Part shown: positions 17,788 through 25,678 of the stretch, piece after piece
Layout: each line of letters opens with the position of its first letter
Position numbering within the stretch: position 1 is the stretch's first letter
NCBI GenBank assembly: GCA_964344965.1
Contig: CAYFPJ010000002.1
Span: 1,068-65,067 of the forward strand
DNA from: an uncultured Gammaproteobacteria bacterium
GTDB lineage: Bacteria > Patescibacteriota > Patescibacteriia > Magasanikbacterales > UBA922
DNA length: 64,000 bases
Reading direction: 5' to 3'
Program-made: the position numbers and the translations under genes
Notes under the pieces: generated by a model
What the model saw: the letters and a program-made list of their open reading frames with translations, nothing else
What the model was told of the DNA's origin: nothing
Database searches by the model: none

Positions 17788-17897
17788 ACCCCAGGGCAAG
17801 CCCTGGACCCTTTTTTCCGAGGCAAGCCTCGGGGAACCTGCCTGCCGGCAGGCAGGTTAAACCAACCCCTCGTCCCGTACCGAGGAACGAGGTCGGG
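17788..17897. repeat. cluster of four consecutive GC-rich hairpins (REP-like palindromes)
   Basis: CCAGGG-CAAG-CCCTGG, CCGAGG-CAAG-CCTCGG, CCTGCCTGCC/GGCAGGCAGG and CCTCGT...ACGAGG. The loops match the CAAG loops of the 149-nt repeat. Confidence 0.7.
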
Positions 17898-17972
17898 ATT
17901 AAAAATTATTCAATCAAGATACCAAAAAAATCTCTAATCATAAGTAAAACAAACCTTTACATATATCAAGAA

Positions 17973-19408
17973 TTAATAAAAATAATTTCTATCTTCTAAC
18001 TCTTCCGGCAAATAATCCTGCTCCACCTCTCCCCCAAAATCTGGATTATACTTATAATCTTTACCATATCCAATTTCCTTCATAAAGTCAGTCGGAGCAT
18101 TCCGGAGATGTAAAGGTACACCAAGATGTGAAGTATTCTTAGCATCTCTGGCCGCCCGACCATAAGCTTTGTAAAGTAAGTTTGATTTGGTCGACTTAGC
18201 ACAGTATACCACAGCCTGAGCAAGGTGGACGGTGCACTCAGGCATGCCGATCTTGTGCACTGCATCATACGCTGCGTTAGCTTGAATCATTGCTTCACTA
18301 TTGGCCATGCCGATATCTTCACAAGCGAAGCGAAGCACTCGTCTAGCCACATATAGCGGATCTGCTCCCCCTTCAAGCATCCGAGCAAGCCAATACAGCG
18401 AAGCATCTGCATCACTTCCCCGCATAGATTTATGCAAAGCTGAGATCAGATTGTAAAACTCCTCACCTTTTTTATCAAAAACTAAGTGAGTACGCTGTAA
18501 TGCTTCTTTTATATCGTCAACTGACAAGATAACGCCACCAGATTCACCCCCCCCCTATGAGGGGGAGTCGATCCCGAATAAAAGTAAATTTGGTTTAAGT
18601 AAGACTTCATCGGGCCATCCCCGCAGCAAGCTGCGGGGTATTGGCAGAAAATCTTATTTCAACCAATGTTAGTTTTCACTTTTTCGATGCAAGCATCGAG
18701 GAATAGAACCGCTTTAGATTCAATCGGGACGGAGGGGGTCTCACTGGAAGTCTTCCCAACTACGGCAAGTTCAATACCATTCAAAGCTACTCTCCCATCT
18801 TCCCCACTCAAACTTGCCAAAAATTCGATAGTCTCATTATCAATCTCGACATTATATTTCCCCAATCCTCTATCCTCATCCTCGAGAGCTTGTCTTATAA
18901 GCAGGACAATATCCTCATCACTAAGACTTTTCAAAATAAAAACTCGTGAACGTGAGAGAAGTGGACGGATGATTTCAAAAGAAGGATTTTCCGTAGTGGC
19001 TCCGATGAGTGTAACCACTCCTCTCTCAACATAAGGCAGTAATGCATCTTGCTGGGCCTTATTCCAACGATGAATCTCATCAATAAAAAGCACTGTCTTC
19101 TTATTTTCATTCTGTAACAATTCTGAAGCTTCCTTGACTGCTTTCATCAAATCTCGCTTACCGCTCTCTACTCCTGACAAAGAGACAAACTCTGAATTAG
19201 TTTGCTCAGCTATAATATTGGCGAGACTAGTCTTTCCTACCCCAGGCGGACCCCAAAAAATGATCGAAGATAATTGATCTTGCTCGACCATGCGTCTGAG
19301 TAATTTGCCTTTCCCAACAATTTCTTCTTGACCTACAAATTCATCAAAATTGCGAGGACGCATGCGGTCTGGGAGTGGTCTATTATTCTGTGGCTTTTTT
19401 TCTTTCAT
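17973..19408 (-). pseudogene. rarA: rarA/mgsA (recombination factor AAA+ ATPase) split into two ORFs (18659..19408 and 17973..18527) by an inserted copy of the 149-nt repeat
   Basis: The N-terminal ORF has the Walker A GPPGVGKTSLA and ends with repeat-encoded LDACIEKVKTNIG*. The C-terminal ORF starts at a TTG with ...FDKKGEEFYNLISALHKSMRGS..., which continues the RarA alignment with no residues missing. Confidence 0.7.
18577..18724 (+). repeat. 149-nt structured repeat, copy B (inside rarA)
   Basis: Identical over ~130 nt to the other copies, with a diverged 3' end. It is preceded by an extra C9-TATGA-G6 hairpin. Confidence 0.9.
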
Positions 19409-19418
19409 GAAAATACCT

Positions 19419-20090
19419 TTATCCTTCAGATTTATCTCTCAAATATCCTTCTATAATGGTGTCAGCTTTGGAGAGATTTATTGCTACCAAAACACGAGGA
19501 GGAGTATTGGATTCTAAATAAATCTGCTCTTCCAATGGAATTTTGTGTCCTTCACCTCCCATCAATCTCTCTTGAGCTTCCTTCAAAATTCTAGACATCG
19601 TTATATAAGTTATACCAGCGTATCTAGAACGGATATATTTAGGGCGAACAAAATTTTTATTATTAATCAAAAGACCAAGAATCGTCATCCGTGCAAGCGC
19701 ATCTTCTGCTAAATCTGGACTAAGATATACCTCTCTCCTCAATCTTTCTTTTGTATTGAACTTTTGTGTAAAATGTCTTGAACCATAATTCCGCTGATCT
19801 CCCTCGGGCTTACTTTTGTTACTTTCTTTCATTCTTGATACATTCTCTGCAATTTTCCTTTTATCTAGACCTGTTTTTCTCTGTATGGTTGTCAGAGACA
19901 AGCCATATCTTCCGTCTTCTGGGGGGTATAATCTTCCATCCTCACCTTCCACAGCTCCCAAAAAAATCAAAAATTGTTTTCGATCTTCTTGAATACGACT
20001 CTCAATCATTTCCAAAACCTTAGGACTATATTTGGCATCATATCTTCTATGAGGAAAATAAAAGTAAATTTGGTTTAAGTAAGACTTCAT
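19419..20090 (-). CDS. hypothetical protein with a possible HTH; the annotated start (MKSYLNQIYFY) is encoded by the repeat, and the true start is probably near 20009
   Basis: The first 11 codons lie inside repeat copy C. The segment LSLTTIQRKTGLDKRKIAENVSRM is HTH-like. Confidence 0.35.
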   Translation of the reverse strand: MKSYLNQIYFYFPHRRYDAKYSPKVLEMIESRIQEDRKQFLIFLGAVEGEDGRLYPPEDGRYGLSLTTIQRKTGLDKRKIAENVSRMKESNKSKPEGDQRNYGSRHFTQKFNTKERLRREVYLSPDLAEDALARMTILGLLINNKNFVRPKYIRSRYAGITYITMSRILKEAQERLMGGEGHKIPLEEQIYLESNTPPRVLVAINLSKADTIIEGYLRDKSEG

Positions 20091-20206
20091 CGGGCCATCC
20101 CCGCAGCAAGCTGCGGGGTATTGGCAGAAAATCTTATTTCAACCAATGTTAGTTTTCACTTTTTCGATGCAAGCATCGAGGAATAAAACCGCTTAAAGAT
20201 TTAAAA
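20057..20206 (+). repeat. 149-nt structured repeat, copy C (150 nt)
   Basis: Matches the other copies. It supplies the last 19 codons (TFKSLSGFIPRCLHRKSEN*) of the upstream ORF. Confidence 0.9.
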
Positions 20207-21429
20207 GTAAGATCCTCATCATTACTCACTCTCCCAACAACTTCCTCTATAAGGGTAGCATAAGGTTGGCCATACTTTAATTTAACATAATTATGCAACT
20301 TCATTTCCGTAAACCATTCATCATCTTTTTGTTTTATTTCCAAAAGTAATTCGACCACTTCTACACTATACAGCATCAAACTACGACCTCCAAGGTATGA
20401 TCCTGGTCGTTTAATCTGCTCATCTCTCATCCCCTCATCTCTAAGTCTATCCACCACACCAAGAAGAGAACTATTTATCCAATATTTAGATTTACCAACA
20501 ACAGCAGCAAGAGATCTATTCTTATCACCATCAATATCACCAATAATATACCAACCACCACCTGGACGCTCCATATTTTTAACAAGTTCAACTTCTGCAG
20601 GAACATCATTAAGTATTCTTTCGATTTCAGCCAGCCAGTCTTCCATGTTTGAAAAAGGAATTATTTCATGAGGATGTGGATATGTTTCAAATGAACGCAT
20701 AGTATACTTATCTGGAGTTTGACCTAGAAAATTCTCTATATCTTCCTCTTCAGTACCTGGATTGACAAAAACAATGTGAGTACCCTCACCGTGTAAATCA
20801 GAGACGAAAATTGACACTCCTTTGTCAGGGATAACAAACAAATCATACAAACCATCATAATCACGCACAGTTGATTCAATTTGTTTTTTTGCTCCACTTG
20901 ATAAATCTTCTTTTGATTTTGTTTTTGCACGCACAGAGACAACACCTAATCTTGTCAATAAAATATCAAGTGCTTCTTTTCTCTTATGAGTTTTCCTTTT
21001 CTTTTCCCTATCTTTCTCTCCTCCTTTACCAATTCCAAGTCTTCCTTCTCCAGTGCTAAGTAAAGGCCTGTCAATATATATTGTGTTCACGGCCCCAGTC
21101 ACAACTTCTCCCTCTGGATCAGTCAATTCTACTTCGTCAGAAGTAGAATTGAAAACTAAAGGAAATTCCTCTGCTAGACTTCTCGCCCGCTTTTCTAGGA
21201 TGCTTTCTATACTATTCATATCCTCAGGAGGAATGCCTAAGATGTCTGCAATATCACCTCTATTAAGTCCAGACTCTGTCAAAGCTTCTAATTCACTTGC
21301 AAGACATCCTCTCCAATATTCTACAGCTGAGATGGGAGCAGTCTCAAGACCAGCTTGCTTACCAGCATGTTCACGTAACTTCTTCACCATTATACGGTCA
21401 GCATGAGGTTCAAGATATTTTTTTGACAT
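20149..21429 (-). CDS. hypothetical protein, paralog of the 14019..15260 ORF; its C-terminal 19 aa are read from the repeat
   Basis: Shares the FVSDL-containing block with its paralog; no family assignment. Confidence 0.4.
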   Translation of the reverse strand: MSKKYLEPHADRIMVKKLREHAGKQAGLETAPISAVEYWRGCLASELEALTESGLNRGDIADILGIPPEDMNSIESILEKRARSLAEEFPLVFNSTSDEVELTDPEGEVVTGAVNTIYIDRPLLSTGEGRLGIGKGGEKDREKKRKTHKRKEALDILLTRLGVVSVRAKTKSKEDLSSGAKKQIESTVRDYDGLYDLFVIPDKGVSIFVSDLHGEGTHIVFVNPGTEEEDIENFLGQTPDKYTMRSFETYPHPHEIIPFSNMEDWLAEIERILNDVPAEVELVKNMERPGGGWYIIGDIDGDKNRSLAAVVGKSKYWINSSLLGVVDRLRDEGMRDEQIKRPGSYLGGRSLMLYSVEVVELLLEIKQKDDEWFTEMKLHNYVKLKYGQPYATLIEEVVGRVSNDEDLTFKSLSGFIPRCLHRKSEN

Positions 21430-21470
21430 ATATCTAATAATAATCTAATCTTTACCTATCATATACTAGT

Positions 21471-21947
21471 ATGATAACATACAGTAATAATACCACAAAT
21501 GAGTGCTATTCAAGCAATATGAATCTCCCAACAAACACAATCATTGCCTCAGGTCCAGTAATTATTGAAGATGGTAGAGTCTTGCTTAATCGTGAAATAA
21601 AAAAAGATGGCAAGGAAAGTCCATATTTCATGTTCCCAGGCGGTACTGTAGAAGACTTTTCTTTTCCACTAGAAGACACTGCTAGACGAGAAACTCGAGA
21701 AGAGGTCGGGATTGAGATTGAAATTATCAAACCACTCCGCACACTCTTGGTTAATCGCCCTGATAAAGATAGTCTGGCGATTCTTGTTCATTATTTAGCT
21801 AGAAGAATCGGTGATATCAAACCAGGGCCAGAGACTGTGGAATGGGGCTGGTTTGATATTGATAATTTGCCGGAGAATGTGGCGGGAAACGTGAGGATTA
21901 TTATTAGTGATTATCTTAAGGAACTAGGCCGAGGATCACACAAATAG
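21471..21947 (+). CDS. NUDIX hydrolase (likely start at 21519, MNLPTN...)
   Basis: Nudix box GGTVEDFSFPLEDTARRETREEVGIEI. Confidence 0.85.
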   Translation: MITYSNNTTNECYSSNMNLPTNTIIASGPVIIEDGRVLLNREIKKDGKESPYFMFPGGTVEDFSFPLEDTARRETREEVGIEIEIIKPLRTLLVNRPDKDSLAILVHYLARRIGDIKPGPETVEWGWFDIDNLPENVAGNVRIIISDYLKELGRGSHK

Positions 21948-21964
21948 ACGCTAATAACACGAAT

Positions 21965-22345
21965 ATGTCGGGTAAGGAGGGTATTATTTACAAAGAATTA
22001 TCATATGCTGTAAATGGAATACTTTTTAAAGTACAAAACAAACTTGGTACTAAATTCCAAGAAGTTCATTATGTCAGAGCAGTGTGTTCCTTACTTAAAG
22101 AATATAATATTCCTTTTAGGATAGAAGTGCCGTTTAAAGTAACATTCAATGGAGAATTCCTAGGAAAATTTCGAGCAGATATGATTGTTGATAACAAAAT
22201 TTTGATAGAATTCAAGACTGTTCCCCATCTAACTGACCAACATAGACAACAACTGCTACGATATATCAAATCATTAGACTTGAAACTGGGCTTACTAGTC
22301 AACTTTCGCGCCTACCCCCTCCAAATTTGGCGTGTCGTAAATTAA
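21965..22345 (+). CDS. GxxExxY-family protein (PD-(D/E)XK-like)
   Basis: N-terminal GIIYKELSYAVNGILFKV matches the GxxExxY signature. Confidence 0.75.
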   Translation: MSGKEGIIYKELSYAVNGILFKVQNKLGTKFQEVHYVRAVCSLLKEYNIPFRIEVPFKVTFNGEFLGKFRADMIVDNKILIEFKTVPHLTDQHRQQLLRYIKSLDLKLGLLVNFRAYPLQIWRVVN

Positions 22346-22351
22346 ATATTC

Positions 22352-22402
22352 GTGTAATCCAAAATAATTTGTGTAATTCGCGCACATTAGTGTAATTCCA
22401 AA
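22352..22402 (+). promoter_or_regulatory. three direct GTGTAATYC repeats at ~19-nt spacing upstream of glyA
   Basis: CGTGTAATCC...TGTGTAATTCG...AGTGTAATTCC. A similar AGTGTAATCA lies 12 nt before the hup ATG. Confidence 0.35.
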
Positions 22403-22412
22403 AATAAAACAT

Positions 22413-23684
22413 ATGCAACTACAAAACCAAGATCCAGACATTTACAATCTCATGCAAAAAGAGGTCACCAGACAAAGCGAAGGACTAGAAATGATTCCAT
22501 CAGAAAATCATACTTCCGGTGCTGTACTGGAAGCTCTTGGATCAAGATTGACAGACAAATATTCTGAAGGATACCCAGGAATGCGCTACTATGGAGGATG
22601 TGAAAATGTCGATGATGTGGAAAACATTGCTCGTGACAGAGCCAAAGCACTATTCGGGTCCAGCTGGGCTAATGTCCAGCCCCATTCAGGCTGTCCCGCC
22701 AATCAAGCAGTCTATTTTGCTCTTGTCGATCCGGGCGATACCGTAATGGGCTTGAAACTTTTTCATGGCGGACACATGACCCATGGTTTAAAATTAAATT
22801 TTTCAGGAACTATTTACAACAGTATTCAATATGGCTGTCGTGAAGATGGATTCATAGATCTGGATGAAATGAGAAGGCTAGCTCTTGAACACAAACCAAA
22901 AATGATCGTCACTGGTGGGAGTGCTTATCCTCAAATTTATGAATGGGACAAATACAAAGAAATTGCTGATGAAGTCGGGGCTTACCTTCTAGCTGATATG
23001 AGTCATGTCGCCGGTCTAGTAGCTGGTGGAGTACATCCCAATCCTGTCGGAGTAGCTGACGTAGTTACTACCACTACTCACAAGACTCTACGTGGCCCTC
23101 GTGGCGCCATCATCATGGCCAATGGTAATCCGTCTACTCCACTCAAAAAAACAGAAAGGACAAAAGAAAATATTCCTACATTAATTGATCGAGCAATAAT
23201 TCCAGGACTGCAGGGTGGACCTCACAACCACCAGACTGCAGCCATTGCAGTTGCTCTCAAGGAAGCTAGTCAGCCAGAATTCAAAGATTATGCCAAGCAA
23301 GTAGTAGCCAATGCCAAAGTACTGGCTGAAGAATTGATCTCAAAAGAATATCAACTGGTGACTGGAGGAACAGAAACTCATCTCCTGTTGATCAATCTTG
23401 GAAACAAAAATATTACTGGTAAACAAGGTGAATCAGCTCTTGGTAAAGCTGGTATTACAGTAAACAAAAATACCATCCCTCATGATCCCAGAAAACCATT
23501 TGATCCAAGTGGAATTAGACTTGGCACTCCAGCTCTCACAACAAGAGGAATGAAAGAAGATGAAATGAGGTTAGTAGCTGGATTCATTGACCGAGCTTTG
23601 AGTAATATTGAAAATGAAGAAGAACTAAGCAAGATTGAAGAAGAAGTGAAAGAAATGTGTAAGTCTTTTCCATTGCCACAGTAA
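22413..23684 (+). CDS. glyA: serine hydroxymethyltransferase
   Basis: Full-length SHMT including the PLP-lysine block TTTTHKTLRGPRGA. Confidence 0.95.
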   Translation: MQLQNQDPDIYNLMQKEVTRQSEGLEMIPSENHTSGAVLEALGSRLTDKYSEGYPGMRYYGGCENVDDVENIARDRAKALFGSSWANVQPHSGCPANQAVYFALVDPGDTVMGLKLFHGGHMTHGLKLNFSGTIYNSIQYGCREDGFIDLDEMRRLALEHKPKMIVTGGSAYPQIYEWDKYKEIADEVGAYLLADMSHVAGLVAGGVHPNPVGVADVVTTTTHKTLRGPRGAIIMANGNPSTPLKKTERTKENIPTLIDRAIIPGLQGGPHNHQTAAIAVALKEASQPEFKDYAKQVVANAKVLAEELISKEYQLVTGGTETHLLLINLGNKNITGKQGESALGKAGITVNKNTIPHDPRKPFDPSGIRLGTPALTTRGMKEDEMRLVAGFIDRALSNIENEEELSKIEEEVKEMCKSFPLPQ

Positions 23685-23702
23685 GATAAATTAATTACAA
23701 AC

Positions 23703-23736
23703 AAAAATCACCAAGCTTAGTTGGTGATTTTTTTGT
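23703..23736 (+). terminator. rho-independent terminator of glyA
   Basis: ATCACCAA-GCTTAG-TTGGTGAT followed by TTTTTTTG. Confidence 0.8.
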
Positions 23737-23761
23737 AAATATTAGATTAGAGTTTTCCTTA

Positions 23762-23893
23762 CTCTCTCGCAACCCACCACCTGTCCTCCTCCCTTAAAAA
23801 GGGAGGAGGGACGTACTAATAAGTTTGACCTATGCAGCACGTTCTCCCTCCCTTTCTAAGGGAGGGAGACAGAGGGTGGGTTGCGTGGTGAGA
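23762..23893. other. GC-rich multi-stem structured element in the convergent glyA/murG spacer
   Basis: Outer 10-bp stem GCAACCCACC/GGTGGGTTGC encloses two hairpins, CCTCCTCCC-TTAAAAA-GGGAGGAGG and CTCCCTCCC-TTTCTAA-GGGAGGGAG. Confidence 0.6.
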
Positions 23894-23934
23894 AAAAGAA
23901 CTACAAAAATCCAAACACGTGAATTCTATAAATG

Positions 23935-25008
23935 TCAAGATATTAACTTTCCCAAAACCCCCAAAATATCTTCGCTCTTCGCTACCGGCATCATACTAGC
24001 AAGCCTTTCCCCAATTTCTCTTCTTCCATCTTCATCATCAAGCAATCCCTTGATAACTTTTGCCAAATACAATCCCGTACCAGTCTTTTCACTAACAAAG
24101 ATTGCAGCTTCGGTATCTTTCAAAAATGCAACATTCTCCTCTTGATGTCCAGGCTTAGGGACGAGAATAGCAGCCTTCTTGAGAGCAGCCAGTTCACTAA
24201 TCGTCCCAAATCCTCCACGAGAAATCACTAGATCAGCCACAGCATAAGCATGTTTCATCTCTGAGGTAAAAAATTGATGGACTTGGTAATCTTCAAAATG
24301 TTTTTCCGCGCGCTCGGATAATTCTTGAGGCCGCTCTTTACCAGTTAGGTGGATCACTTGAGCGTAGCCTTGGAGATGATTGATAGATTCCACAACCAAC
24401 TGATTGACTTTTAGAGATCCAGTCCCCCCGCCAGTAACGAATACGGTAGACAAACCAGGTTTCAAATTAAATATTTTTCTAGCTTCTTCTTCTGAGCCAG
24501 ATAGAATATCTTTCCGGATCGGGTTCCCCATCCAGATAGTTTTTCTTTGAGGAAAATCATCTAGTTGGCTCTCCAATACCACAGTAATTTTCTTAGCAAA
24601 TGGTGACATCAATTTATTGGCAAGTCCGACTCGCACATCTTGCTGGTGAATCCAAGTCGGTACTCCCACAAACCATGCCGCCCAGTGCAAAGGTACGGAG
24701 ACAAAACCACCAGCAGAGATACAAACATCAGGATTTTCTTTCCAAAGAAAAATAATAGATTGAAAAACACCAAAACAAATCTTGAAAAAATCAAAAATAT
24801 TGAGTAGTGAAAAATATCTTCGAAACTTCCCAGAAGTAATCGTACGGAATCGGATTCCTTCTTTTTCTACCAATTCTTTTTCTGGACCTTTCTTGGTACC
24901 GACCCAAATGAACTCTGCTTCTGGATATTTTTCTTGGATTGTCTCGTGCATGGCGAGGAGAGGGGTGACAGGACCGAGAGTTCCTCCGCCGGAGAATATT
25001 ATTTTCAT
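23935..25008 (-). CDS. murG: undecaprenyldiphospho-muramoylpentapeptide beta-N-acetylglucosaminyltransferase
   Basis: N-terminal IIFSGGGTLGPVTP and the GT28 C-terminal domain with VFVTGGGTGS. Confidence 0.9.
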   Translation of the reverse strand: MKIIFSGGGTLGPVTPLLAMHETIQEKYPEAEFIWVGTKKGPEKELVEKEGIRFRTITSGKFRRYFSLLNIFDFFKICFGVFQSIIFLWKENPDVCISAGGFVSVPLHWAAWFVGVPTWIHQQDVRVGLANKLMSPFAKKITVVLESQLDDFPQRKTIWMGNPIRKDILSGSEEEARKIFNLKPGLSTVFVTGGGTGSLKVNQLVVESINHLQGYAQVIHLTGKERPQELSERAEKHFEDYQVHQFFTSEMKHAYAVADLVISRGGFGTISELAALKKAAILVPKPGHQEENVAFLKDTEAAIFVSEKTGTGLYLAKVIKGLLDDEDGRREIGERLASMMPVAKSEDILGVLGKLIS

Positions 25009-25033
25009 AAATACTTATTTTTGTAATAGCGTA

Positions 25034-25441
25034 TCATTCCCTATTTTGCAAATCTCTCAATATATTGCCAGCATCTTCAATTAAAGATTGAAAAATCACT
25101 ACAAGTGGAAATCCTTCTTCTTTCATTCTTTTAAATTTGGTACCAAAATATCCTTTCACAACCCTTTTTCCCTCATCATCCAATTCTTCCCAAATAACAC
25201 GCAACAAATCTTCCAATTCTTCCCTTTCATCTCCAGATTCAAGTCGTTCCAGTGCCTCCGTTACCACTGCACGAAGTTGAGCTAGCTCAGCACTTGCCTC
25301 AACCGTAGGTTCGTTACCTACTGCTGTTGCCTCTTCTTCTGTATCAGCTGGCACAATCTCTTCCACTTCTGATGCGGCTGGTTCTGCATCTAAATTCGTA
25401 GGACTATGACCTCCCAGCCCCTCTCTTCGTCTTCTAGGCAT
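25034..25441 (-). CDS. acidic hypothetical protein
   Basis: 135-aa ORF, E/D-rich, with higher GC than its neighbours. Confidence 0.3.
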   Translation of the reverse strand: MPRRRREGLGGHSPTNLDAEPAASEVEEIVPADTEEEATAVGNEPTVEASAELAQLRAVVTEALERLESGDEREELEDLLRVIWEELDDEGKRVVKGYFGTKFKRMKEEGFPLVVIFQSLIEDAGNILRDLQNRE

Positions 25442-25480
25442 ACTTGATATAAGGTTAATTATTAGATATAAAATTACTGA

Positions 25481-25518
25481 ATGTACGAAATTACGAACGT
25501 TACGAAATTTGCGAAACG
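25481..25518 (-). repeat. TTTCGTA-type 8-9-bp tandem repeat array (4 units), oriented toward the 25034..25441 gene
   Basis: The minus strand reads TTTCGCAAA TTTCGTAACG TTCGTAA TTTCGTACAT. Confidence 0.7.
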
Positions 25519-25526
25519 TTACTACT

Positions 25527-25600
25527 GCGATAGGATTACCGCCGAAAGGCGGTCTCTACGAACGTTGTCTGTGCCGGCCTGCCTTTCGGCAGGAATCCTA
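25527..25600. repeat. GC-rich nested hairpins between the two TTTCG arrays
   Basis: CCGCC-GAAA-GGCGG and CCTGCC-TTTC-GGCAGG enclosed by TAGGATT/AATCCTA. Confidence 0.6.
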
Positions 25601-25612
25601 ATATTTGAACCA

Positions 25613-25649
25613 CTTTCGCACCCTTCGTACTATTCGTAATTCCGTACAT
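25613..25649 (+). repeat. TTTCGTA-type tandem repeat array (4 units), plus orientation
   Basis: CTTTCGCACC CTTCGTACTA TTCGTAATT CCGTACAT. Confidence 0.65.
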
Positions 25650-25678
25650 CATCTTCATACTTTCAATACGTTCACGTA

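Noticed and set aside
18577-18724. Hammerhead or other small self-cleaving ribozyme inside the 149-nt repeat
   Set aside because: No CUGAUGA...GAAA core with three helices could be found on either strand. The closest match is only CGAUGAAG. A ribozyme is not excluded, but the sequence does not support one.
20057-20090. MKSYLNQIYFY as the N-terminus of the 19419..20090 protein
   Set aside because: This peptide is encoded entirely by the reverse complement of the 149-nt repeat, and the same ATG-containing segment is present in every copy. The real start is probably an internal Met near 20009.
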